Program-made: the position numbers and the translations under genes
Notes under the pieces: model-generated
Databases searched by the model: none
The model's input: only the letters and a program-made list of their open reading frames with translations
What the model was told of the DNA's origin: nothing
Shown: piece by piece, positions 11,977-20,054 of the stretch
Layout of the letters: each line of letters begins with the position of its first letter
How positions within the stretch are numbered: the stretch's first letter is position 1
Origin: an uncultured Gammaproteobacteria bacterium
Lineage (GTDB): Bacteria; Patescibacteriota; Patescibacteriia; Patescibacteriales; UBA12465
Assembly: GCA_964470695.1 (NCBI GenBank)
Contig: CAYYDR010000001.1
Location: 75,405-139,404, forward strand
Length of the DNA: 64,000 nucleotides
Direction of reading: 5' to 3'

Positions 11977-13230
11977 ATGTTGCAGATTTTAGATCTCCAT
12001 ATTCATTCCCGTTATTCACGAGCCTGCTCGCCCCGCTTAACTCTGGTTAATATTGACGCTGCTTGCCGTCAAAAGGGAATTGATATCATCGCGACTGGTG
12101 ATTTTACTCATCCCGCCTGGTTTGAATCTATTAGTAAAGAATTGGTTGAAACATTTTCTGGATCTGGCCTTTATAAATTAAAAATAGCTCCGGATGACAA
12201 GGTAAAATTTATTCTTAGTACGGAATTATCTTTAGTTTATAAAGATGGTGATAAGGTTAGGCGGTTGCATTTAGTTCTCCATGCCCCTAGTATAGAGGCG
12301 GTTAAAGAGCTTAATAGGCAGTTAGGAGATAAATTCAATATTCGCTCTGATGGCCGGCCGATACTAGGAATTAAGGCGCCTGATTTAGTAAAATTAGTTT
12401 TAAAAATAAATCCGCACTTTTTAATTTACCCCGCCCATATTTGGACTCCCTGGTTTTCGGTTTTTGGCTCTAAGTCCGGCTTTGATTCTTTGGAAGAATG
12501 TTTTAAAGATCAGACCAAATATATTTACGCTATTGAAACCGGCCTGTCCAGCGACCCAGCCATGAATTGGCGCTTATCAGCCTTAGATAAGCTAACCGTA
12601 TTATCTAATTCTGACGCCCATAGCCCAGATAACATCGGCCGAGAAGCTAATGTGATGGATTTAAGCGAGCCGGTTCGCTATGAGGAAATTTACAATCATA
12701 TTAAGAACAAAACCGGCCTTAAGATGACCATAGAATTTTATCCGGAAGAAGGAATGTATCATTTTGACGGTCATCGGGATTGCGATTTTAGCTGCGCCCC
12801 GGAAGAGAGCCGGCGTCAGAAAAATATTTGTCCAGTTTGTCATAAGCCTTTAATTATTGGCGTTTTGAATAGAGTAGAGGAGCTCGCCGATAGGCCAGAT
12901 GGTTATCAGCCTCAGAAACTAGTCCCCTTTAAAAAATTAGTGGAATTGGATAAGATTATAGCAGAGGCCTTTAATATTAAGAGCCGCAGTTCGCAAAAAG
13001 TTAAACGGGAGTACAATAGATTAATATCAGAATTCGGTTCAGAAATGCATATTTTACTGGAGTTGGATTTATCTAGTATTAAAAAAGATATTGATTCTAG
13101 AATTATTGAAGGGATACGTCGCGTCCGCAGCGGCCAGTTGCTTATAAAGCCTGGTTTTGATGGTAGATATGGCGAAATAAAGATTTTTTCGGCGGACAGC
13201 GAGGCAATTAGTCAAAATCAATTATTTTAA
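11977..13230 (+). CDS. PHP-domain protein resembling endonuclease Q (EndoQ / TIGR00375 family)
   Basis: N-terminal DLHIHSRYSRACS and ATGDFTHPAW PHP motifs, internal CPVCHKPL...GVLNRVEELA zinc-finger-like segment, ~417 aa as in EndoQ. Confidence 0.55.
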   Translation: MLQILDLHIHSRYSRACSPRLTLVNIDAACRQKGIDIIATGDFTHPAWFESISKELVETFSGSGLYKLKIAPDDKVKFILSTELSLVYKDGDKVRRLHLVLHAPSIEAVKELNRQLGDKFNIRSDGRPILGIKAPDLVKLVLKINPHFLIYPAHIWTPWFSVFGSKSGFDSLEECFKDQTKYIYAIETGLSSDPAMNWRLSALDKLTVLSNSDAHSPDNIGREANVMDLSEPVRYEEIYNHIKNKTGLKMTIEFYPEEGMYHFDGHRDCDFSCAPEESRRQKNICPVCHKPLIIGVLNRVEELADRPDGYQPQKLVPFKKLVELDKIIAEAFNIKSRSSQKVKREYNRLISEFGSEMHILLELDLSSIKKDIDSRIIEGIRRVRSGQLLIKPGFDGRYGEIKIFSADSEAISQNQLF

Positions 13231-13239
13231 TAATTTTTT

Positions 13240-13746
13240 ATGTCCCAAATTCGCCAGTCAGCCATGAGTTTAGTAACTATCGTTATATTTTTAGTTTTAA
13301 TGGTTATTGCCTTAGTTTTATACGGCGGAAATGCTGAGCAGAAGGCTAAAATGGAGAAAAATATCTGGTGGCAGAAAGCCAGATTCGCGGTTGATTATAT
13401 TTTGCTAGCGGGGTCTAATTTAATTGGGACTAGTTCGGTAAAAAATACTGATGAAGAGACTTTATTTCATAATATTAATAAGCAGATGGCTGATATAGAG
13501 TCGGCTAAAGGCATGGAGGGGCGCGGTGAAGAAGGAGCTTGGTCTGATTTGGCTAATAAAATAAGAAGTGAATGGGAAAAAGATACCGCGACTACGGAAG
13601 TTGGCTTAGGAATGGCCGAAGAAAATGCTAAATCGTTAATTAATTTTGCTTGGCAAAAAACTGAGTCTGGGGCGGAAATAATTTTTAGTACCAGAAACGG
13701 GTCAGAACATAAATTCCCTCTGCCGTTTAAGTTTTTAAGTAAATAG
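13240..13746 (+). CDS. Hypothetical protein with an N-terminal TM anchor
   Basis: 168-aa ORF with a single hydrophobic helix near the N-terminus. No recognisable motif. Confidence 0.5.
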   Translation: MSQIRQSAMSLVTIVIFLVLMVIALVLYGGNAEQKAKMEKNIWWQKARFAVDYILLAGSNLIGTSSVKNTDEETLFHNINKQMADIESAKGMEGRGEEGAWSDLANKIRSEWEKDTATTEVGLGMAEENAKSLINFAWQKTESGAEIIFSTRNGSEHKFPLPFKFLSK

Positions 13747-13910
13747 GAGAGTCATTTGGTAATTTTTAGTTATTTTTGAGGATTATTTTTAACTGATAGG
13801 TTAAAATATAATTTATAATTTTTTAAAATATAGCTTAGCTTTTGTTTAAATTGCCATCACGGCGCTTATGCTATACTAAATTTGTTAATAAAAAAGTAAT
13901 ATATAAATTT

Positions 13911-14963
13911 ATGCCTAAAGAAAAAGAGAAAAAGAGTGTGGGCGAAAGAGGCGAGGATAAGGGCAAGCGCGGCGATGCGGCCTTAAACGCCATTGAGCAG
14001 ATTAGAAGTCGTTTCGGCGAAGGAGCGATTATGAAATTTGGCGATGTTCCGCGCACTAATGTAGACGCTATTTCTACCGGTTGTTTATCATTAGATATAG
14101 CTACTGGTGTCGGCGGAGTCCCTCGTGGCCGCATTATTGAAATATATGGTCCAGAATCATCGGGTAAAACTACCTTAGCTCAGCATATCGTCGCTGAAGT
14201 CCAAAAGGCGGGCGGAATTGCTGCTTTTGTTGACGCTGAACATGCTTTAGATCCGGAATATGCCGCTAAAATCGGTGTTAATATTAAAGAGATGCTTTTG
14301 TCCCAGCCTGATAGCGGCGAACAGGCCTTAGAAATAGTAGAGACTTTAGTCCGTTCTAACGCGGTTGATGTAATCGTGGTTGATAGCGTGGCCGCCCTTG
14401 TCCCGCAAAAAGAAATTGAGGGGGAAATGGGCGATCAGCACATGGGCTTACAGGCTCGCTTGATGAGCCAGGCTTTGCGAAAATTAACAGCCGTAATTGC
14501 TAAGACTAAAACTGTAGTTATTTTTATTAATCAGATTAGAAATAAGATTGGCGTTTTCTTCGGTAATCCGGAGACTACGACCGGCGGCAATGCTTTAAAA
14601 TTTTATTGCTCAGTTCGAGTAGAAGTCCGCAAAGCGGCCCAGATTAAGCAGGGCGAAAAGATTATTGGTAACCGCGTTAAGGTAAAAATAGTTAAAAATA
14701 AAGTAGCCGCCCCATTTAGAACTTGTGAGTTTGATATTATGTATAATGAGGGCATCTCTGTTTCCGGCGATTTAGTTGATTTAGGTGTAGAATATAATGT
14801 TATTAAGAAAAACGGTAATACCTATTCTTTCGGTGAGGTTAAATTAGGGACAGGACGGGAGACGGCCAAAAAAATGATTAAAGATGAAAAGAAATTAGCC
14901 TCGGAGATTAGGAAAGCTATTTTAGCGGAAGTAAAAAGTAAGGAAATAGAAGAAAATAAATAA
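13911..14963 (+). CDS. recA: Recombinase RecA
   Basis: Walker [11 protein letters not shown]1/L2 regions, [14 protein letters not shown]. Start moved to the ATG at 13911. Confidence 0.97.
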   Translation: MPKEKEKKSVGERGEDKGKRGDAALNAIEQIRSRFGEGAIMKFGDVPRTNVDAISTGCLSLDIATGVGGVPRGRIIEIYGPESSGKTTLAQHIVAEVQKAGGIAAFVDAEHALDPEYAAKIGVNIKEMLLSQPDSGEQALEIVETLVRSNAVDVIVVDSVAALVPQKEIEGEMGDQHMGLQARLMSQALRKLTAVIAKTKTVVIFINQIRNKIGVFFGNPETTTGGNALKFYCSVRVEVRKAAQIKQGEKIIGNRVKVKIVKNKVAAPFRTCEFDIMYNEGISVSGDLVDLGVEYNVIKKNGNTYSFGEVKLGTGRETAKKMIKDEKKLASEIRKAILAEVKSKEIEENK

Positions 14964-14974
14964 TTATAATTGAA

Positions 14975-15008
14975 TCGCCTCTCGGTTAGAAGCCGGGGGG
15001 CGATTTTT
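14975..15008 (+). terminator. Intrinsic terminator after recA
   Basis: GC-rich hairpin AATCGCCTCTCGG...CCGGGGGGCGATT followed by TTTTT. Confidence 0.7.
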
Positions 15009-15025
15009 TAAGGACATTAAATCTT

Positions 15026-15709
15026 ATGCCAAAAACTTACGTTCTTTCAGTCGGGGGATCGCTTATCGTAACTAAAGAGGGTGTTAATATTAAATTTTTG
15101 AAGAGGCTGCGCGCCTTTATTTTAAGCCAGATTAAAAAGGGTAATAAATTTTATTTAGTCGTCGGCGGCGGTTATACCGCCCGTGTTTATATTAAAGCCG
15201 CTTTAGCCACTGGCCATATTAGCCATTTTGACAGAGATTTGGTGGGCATTAGGGCGACCAGGCTCAACGCCGAACTGTTAAAGGTAATACTCGGCTCGTC
15301 AGCTTATCCGGAGATTATTACTGATCCGACAGAAGCCTTAAAAACTAAGAAGAGTATTATTTTGGCGGGCGGGTACAAGCCAGGATGGTCAACTGATTAT
15401 GTAGCGGTATTGTTAGCTAAGAATAATAAAGTTGATACGGTTATTAATTTGACTAATATTGATTATGCCTATGATCGCGATCCGAGGAAATTTCCTCAAG
15501 CTAGTAGACTGGAAAAAGTGACTTGGCCGGAATTCAGAAAGATAGTCGGCAATAAATGGCAGCCTGGCCTAAATGTGCCTTTTGACCCGGTGGCTTCACG
15601 AGAGGCGGCTCGGAACAGGATGAAAGTTGTTATTTTAAATGGTGAGAAGTTGGCTAATCTAGGGGCCTGTTTGGAGGGGGGTAAATTTAAGGGGACAACA
15701 ATTAATTAG
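15026..15709 (+). CDS. pyrH: UMP kinase, archaeal-type short form (amino-acid kinase fold)
   Basis: 227 aa with SVGGSLI and VVGGGYTAR motifs typical of the archaeal/short PyrH group. Confidence 0.7.
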   Translation: MPKTYVLSVGGSLIVTKEGVNIKFLKRLRAFILSQIKKGNKFYLVVGGGYTARVYIKAALATGHISHFDRDLVGIRATRLNAELLKVILGSSAYPEIITDPTEALKTKKSIILAGGYKPGWSTDYVAVLLAKNNKVDTVINLTNIDYAYDRDPRKFPQASRLEKVTWPEFRKIVGNKWQPGLNVPFDPVASREAARNRMKVVILNGEKLANLGACLEGGKFKGTTIN

Positions 15710-15764
15710 TAATTATCCCCAGGTTATTGTTGACTAAATTTGATTATTTGTTATTATAGTTATC

Positions 15765-15866
15765 ATGATTAATAAGTATTTACAAACAAAGCGTTTCAGT
15801 CTCATTATTTCCTTAGCCTGGTTTATTATTACCGGGCCGGTTTTTGTTTGTAGATTGAATACTTAA
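15765..15866 (+). CDS. Candidate 33-codon small hydrophobic protein (below the ORF-track length cutoff)
   Basis: Translates to MINKYLQTKRFSLIISLAWFIITGPVFVCRLNT. TTGACT (15730) and TATTAT (15752) promoter, with the ATG 7 nt after the -10. Terminator at 15899. Confidence 0.3.
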   Translation: MINKYLQTKRFSLIISLAWFIITGPVFVCRLNT

Positions 15867-15898
15867 GCGGATAAAATAAGTATCAACAGAGCAAATAG

Positions 15899-15930
15899 AA
15901 ACCGGGCCAAAAAATGGCTCGGTTTTATTT
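15899..15930 (+). terminator. Intrinsic terminator after the small ORF
   Basis: 9-bp stem AACCGGGCC / GGCTCGGTT followed by a T-rich run. Confidence 0.6.
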
Positions 15931-15982
15931 TATAAGTTCTTTTTAAACATAATAAAATTAATCACCAAAAAAGGGAGTTTCT

Positions 15983-16831
15983 ATGCGTACCAGTATTTCT
16001 TCTTCATTGTCATCTTCTTATGAGGTCAATCGCTTTAATTTTTCTGCCCAGCAGAATGTTGTTCTTCCTCACTCGGTAGTAAAATCTGCTTCGGCGGCCG
16101 TTAAAACTTGGCGTCGTAAATCCGGGCTTAATGAAATGCCTAGGGTAATCGCTTTAGACTGTGTAGTCAATGCCCAAAATGAATTAAAGGTTTTAAGCGT
16201 TGAGAAAAGTCCTCTAGGGATACAGCTGCTAAAAATTCATAAGCCTAGTTTTGCTAAAGCGCTTAGCGAATTTAGTTCTTTTACCAGCCGTCATGATCAT
16301 AATGTTTGTTTTCCAGACCACCCAGGCAGCATATTTGAGGAACAGATGGGAGAATTTGTCCTATTACCAGAAGAACCAAGCTATGATCCTGAGGTAATAT
16401 CACCCAATCAATCACCTAGAGCTAGCTATAATAATTATGGTGAAGGCTGGCTCTGGAATACCGTTGATTATCGTAATTGCGAGGAAGCGGTAGATTTTGA
16501 TTCCGGTTTTTGCCTTAAGGCAATCGGCCAGAGAAGGGTTTATATCTGCCCGCCTATAGAGAAACGGCGGGAACTAAGGAAGAAAAATATTGGTGGACGC
16601 AGAACAGTCAGTCAGATGCTCAGAGTTTTAAGAGAGCATGAACCAATGTATGTTCAACCCTTTATTGAGCCCATGCTTTCGCCAGCCGGGAACCCTATGA
16701 TTTATAGCCTCTACTTTATTTATAACTATAGAACGGGCGGCTATATTTATTCCGGCGGCCTATCCATTGCTCGTAAGCACTTAAATATTGTTCTATATGG
16801 AGACGGAGTAACTCTCGGGGTGATTGATTAG
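15983..16831 (+). CDS. Hypothetical protein, possibly a circularly permuted ATP-grasp-like fold
   Basis: 282-aa ORF with SD AAGGGAG. N-terminal VIALDCVV..ELKVLSVEKSPLG resembles the C-terminal ATP-grasp Mg-binding strand. C-terminal YVQPFIEP...Y..R resembles the central-domain motifs. Confidence 0.5.
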   Translation: MRTSISSSLSSSYEVNRFNFSAQQNVVLPHSVVKSASAAVKTWRRKSGLNEMPRVIALDCVVNAQNELKVLSVEKSPLGIQLLKIHKPSFAKALSEFSSFTSRHDHNVCFPDHPGSIFEEQMGEFVLLPEEPSYDPEVISPNQSPRASYNNYGEGWLWNTVDYRNCEEAVDFDSGFCLKAIGQRRVYICPPIEKRRELRKKNIGGRRTVSQMLRVLREHEPMYVQPFIEPMLSPAGNPMIYSLYFIYNYRTGGYIYSGGLSIARKHLNIVLYGDGVTLGVID

Positions 16832-16837
16832 CATTAA

Positions 16838-16868
16838 CAAAAGAGGAGCTTTTATACTCCTCTTTTTC
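16838..16868. terminator. Bidirectional terminator between the hypothetical gene and adk
   Basis: AAAAGAGGAG-loop-CTCCTCTTTT, flanked by an A-run and a T-run. Confidence 0.7.
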
Positions 16869-16879
16869 ATTTTATTTTT

Positions 16880-17455
16880 TTATTTTTTGGATAGAGACTT
16901 GATTACGGCGTTTATTTCTTTAAATATTATTTTGATAGAGGGCAGGCCGTCAATATCGGTTACTTTATTCATCTTTTGGTAATATTTTAGAATCGGCTCG
17001 GTTTCTTTATGGTAGACAGTAAATCTTTTTTTAATAGTTTCCAGATTATCGTCTGATCGCCCGGATGTTTTGGCTCGGAGCAGTATGCGTTCCGCCGCTT
17101 TTTTTTCGTCCAGCTTCATGTTAAGGACGGTATCAAGATTAATTTTATTATCTTTAAAAAATTTATTGAGTGATTTAGCTTGCTTAATATTGCGAGGGTA
17201 GCCGTCAAAAATAAAGCCCGCCCCTTTAATCATCTTTTTAGCCGCTGCCTCCACTATTTTGATTGTTAAGCTATCGGGCACTAATTTTCCAGAATCGTAA
17301 TATTTTTTAATTTTTGGCCCTAATTTACCGTTTTTTAATTCTTGTCTAAATATCTCCCCGCTGGATATGGGGGTTAAATTATATTTCTTAGAAATGAGGG
17401 AAGCCTGAGTGCCTTTGCCAGCCCCAGGTGAACCAAAAATTATTAGGTTGAGCAT
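16880..17455 (-). CDS. adk: Adenylate kinase (short lid form)
   Basis: P-loop GSPGAGKGTQ, 191 aa, no Cys4 lid. Confidence 0.9.
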   Translation of the reverse strand: MLNLIIFGSPGAGKGTQASLISKKYNLTPISSGEIFRQELKNGKLGPKIKKYYDSGKLVPDSLTIKIVEAAAKKMIKGAGFIFDGYPRNIKQAKSLNKFFKDNKINLDTVLNMKLDEKKAAERILLRAKTSGRSDDNLETIKKRFTVYHKETEPILKYYQKMNKVTDIDGLPSIKIIFKEINAVIKSLSKK

Positions 17456-17466
17456 TGTTTTTTAAT

Positions 17467-17542
17467 TGGTGCGCCCAGCAGGATTCGAACCTGCGACCGT
17501 TTGCTTAAGAGGCAACTGCTCTACCAGCTGAGCTATAGGCGC
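17467..17542 (-). tRNA. tRNA-Lys(CTT), CCA encoded
   Basis: Cloverleaf read by hand: GCGCCTA acceptor, anticodon loop CTCTTAA, T arm GCAGG-TTCGAAT-CCTGC. Confidence 0.9.
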
Positions 17543-17583
17543 GTATGTAAATATTTTGACAACGTAAAAATTATTAATTTTTG

Positions 17584-17657
17584 TGGCGGGGGCGGGGATC
17601 GAACCCGCGACCTTAGCGTTATGAGTGCTACGCTCTAACCAGCTGAGCTACCCAGCC
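17584..17657 (-). tRNA. tRNA with CAT anticodon (elongator Met or Ile2)
   Basis: GGCTGGG acceptor, anticodon loop CTCATAA, T arm GCGGG-TTCGATC-CCCGC. One U4:C69 mismatch in the acceptor stem. Confidence 0.8.
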
Positions 17658-17688
17658 TTAGGGCTAAATTAAAACAATTTAGCCAATG

Positions 17689-17762
17689 TGCGCCCGGCAG
17701 GATTCGAACCTACAACCCCTTGGTCCGAAGCCAAGTACTCTATCCAGTTGAGCTACGGGCGC
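17689..17762 (-). tRNA. tRNA-Arg(TCG)
   Basis: GCGCCCG acceptor, anticodon stem-loop CTTGG-CTTCGGA-CCAAG, T loop TTCGAAT. Confidence 0.9.
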
Positions 17763-17816
17763 TAACAACACGCCCTTAAGAAAGGATTACTTTAATAATC
17801 GGAATGGGCGCGTCTA

Positions 17817-18104
17817 TTATCTTTTTCCTTTCAAAGCTTGTTTCAAATGGTAGCCAGTTTTAAACTTAGCTACTTTAACAGCCGGGATGGTTATTCTCTC
17901 GTTCGGCTTTTGGGGGTTTACGCCTCCACGGGAATAGCGGACGCGGGACAGGAAAGTGCCGAAACCAGCGATAGTAACCTCGCGGTCATTCTTTAACTCT
18001 TCAATGACGGTGTCGGTTAAGACATCGATCATCTTTTCGGCCTGCTTCTTATTCAGGCCCTCGACATCATGATAGATTTTGTCGATGAGTTGTGCCTTGT
18101 TCAT
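17817..18104 (-). CDS. hup: DNA-binding protein HU
   Basis: 95 aa, MNKAQLIDKI start, GFGTF and the arm motif R.GRNP-like (SRGGVNPQKP). Confidence 0.9.
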   Translation of the reverse strand: MNKAQLIDKIYHDVEGLNKKQAEKMIDVLTDTVIEELKNDREVTIAGFGTFLSRVRYSRGGVNPQKPNERITIPAVKVAKFKTGYHLKQALKGKR

Positions 18105-18167
18105 ATTTTTGAATATTAGCTTATTAAAGCTTTTTAGACAAGTTGGTTTTTATTGGGCTTTTTAGGC

Positions 18168-19691
18168 TTATCTGGCGTATTCAGTCGCCCGCATTTCTCT
18201 AATAACATTAATCTTTATCTCTCCTGGATATTTTAACTCATTTTCTATCTTTTTTGCAATATCTCTAGCCAAATTATGTGCCTTGAAGTCATCTATCATT
18301 TCTGGCTGGACAAAGACCCTTACTTCACGGCCGGCCTGGATGGCATAGACTTTTTCTATCCCCTCGAAGGTTAAAGCAATCTTTTCCAGCTCTTCTAGGC
18401 GGTGTAAATAGTTCTCATAGTTATCGCTACGAGCTCCTGGACGGGCCGAGGAGATGGCATCGGCCACCTTTACTATAACTGAGATAAGGGAAGCCGGTTT
18501 ATCTTCATGGTGGCTTTCAATTGGCATGATTATTTCCGCCGGCAGGTTGAATTTCTTAGCTATATCGCGCCCAATTTCGGTATGATTGCCTTGGACCTCA
18601 TGATCAACGGCCTTGCCAATATCATGCAGTAGGCCGCCTTTTTTAGCGATAGTGACATCAGCGCCTAATTCTTCAGCTAACATTCCGGCTAGATGAGCCA
18701 CTTCTACTGAATGGCGCAAAGCGTTCTGGCCATAGCTGGTTCGGTATTTTAATCGTCCTAAAATCTGTACTAATTTAGGGTCAAAGCCGGTAACGCCAAC
18801 TTCATACATGGCTTCTTCGCCAGCTTTCTTAATATCTAATGATATTTCTTTTTTAGCATTTTCAACCGCGTCTTCTATTTTAGTCGGATGAATACGACCG
18901 TCTTTAATTAAGTAATCTAGAACTTTCTTGGCAATATGGCGGCGAATAAGAGAAAAGCCGGAGACGGTAATAGCATTAGGAGTATCATCAACAATGATTT
19001 CTACGCCAGTCATATTTTCAATGGCTTTAATATTGCGGCCTTCGCGTCCGATAATGCGGCCTTTCATTTCATCGTTAGGCAAATCAATGGTAGTCGTGGT
19101 TAATTCAACTGTATAAGCCGACACCATTCTTTGCATGGCTAGGGCAAGCAGATCTCTAGCTTTTTCATTGATAGTGTCTTCGGCGTAATTAGCCATTTTA
19201 TTGACTCGGACCATTAAATCTTCGGTACTTTTTTCTTCAACGCTCTTGAGCAAGATTTCCTTAGCTTCGGCCTGGCTGAGTCCGGACATTTTCTCTAATT
19301 TCGCTTCCTGCTCTTCTTTAATGGTTTTAATTTTTTCCTTTATTTCTTGGACTTCGTTTACCTTGTCGTAGAGTTTTTGTTGTTTTTCTTGCAGGTCTAA
19401 TAATTTTTGCGAAAAAGAAGTCTCCCTTTGTTCTAATCTCTTCTGCAAATTATTAATTTCGTTGCGTCGGCTAATTTCTTCTTTTTTTGACTCCTCAATA
19501 ATTTTTAAAGCCTTGTCTTGGGCTTTGAGAAGCAGATCTTTTTCTTTAAGCTTAGCTTCGTTAATAAGCTTCTCGGCTTTTTCAGCGGCATTGCTGATTT
19601 TAGAGCTGGCTGAGTTCTTATAAAATAAGTAGCCAACAAAAAAACCACCAACGGTCAAAACAGCGTACAGGACATAGTTTAGGTATTCCAT
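18168..19691 (-). CDS. rny: Ribonuclease Y
   Basis: N-terminal TM helix, coiled-coil, KH domain (GRIIGREGRNI), HD domain (LLHDIGKA). Confidence 0.95.
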   Translation of the reverse strand: MEYLNYVLYAVLTVGGFFVGYLFYKNSASSKISNAAEKAEKLINEAKLKEKDLLLKAQDKALKIIEESKKEEISRRNEINNLQKRLEQRETSFSQKLLDLQEKQQKLYDKVNEVQEIKEKIKTIKEEQEAKLEKMSGLSQAEAKEILLKSVEEKSTEDLMVRVNKMANYAEDTINEKARDLLALAMQRMVSAYTVELTTTTIDLPNDEMKGRIIGREGRNIKAIENMTGVEIIVDDTPNAITVSGFSLIRRHIAKKVLDYLIKDGRIHPTKIEDAVENAKKEISLDIKKAGEEAMYEVGVTGFDPKLVQILGRLKYRTSYGQNALRHSVEVAHLAGMLAEELGADVTIAKKGGLLHDIGKAVDHEVQGNHTEIGRDIAKKFNLPAEIIMPIESHHEDKPASLISVIVKVADAISSARPGARSDNYENYLHRLEELEKIALTFEGIEKVYAIQAGREVRVFVQPEMIDDFKAHNLARDIAKKIENELKYPGEIKINVIREMRATEYAR

Positions 19692-19990
19692 ATGAAGGTG
19701 AGCTGTCTGGAGGAATTAAGGTGGCAGTTTATGCTATTAAATTTTGAAAAATATAACCAGTCGCCATAGGCGACATTTATTTTAGAGATTTTGAGATTTT
19801 TGTGCTAATTTTAGAGTAAAAATCAGAGAAAACATAAGGAGTTGATCTACAAAAATAAATTTTTTACAACTTACTGGGGATAATGGCCAATTCTTCTAAT
19901 TCCTAGAAACAGTCTTGATTAATAAATTATAAATTTACATTTTTACTTTAGCATTTAGTCCCAAGTTTGTAAAGGCCTAATAACAGCCAA

Positions 19991-20030
19991 AAAATAAAAA
20001 AAATCTCGAGCGTTTGGTTAAGCTCGAGAT
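19991..20030 (-). terminator. Intrinsic terminator of the sorting-domain gene
   Basis: Hairpin ATCTCGAGC / GCTCGAGAT, followed on the minus strand by a long T-run. Confidence 0.7.
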
Positions 20031-20054
20031 TGTGTTTGCTATAAATATAGATGA

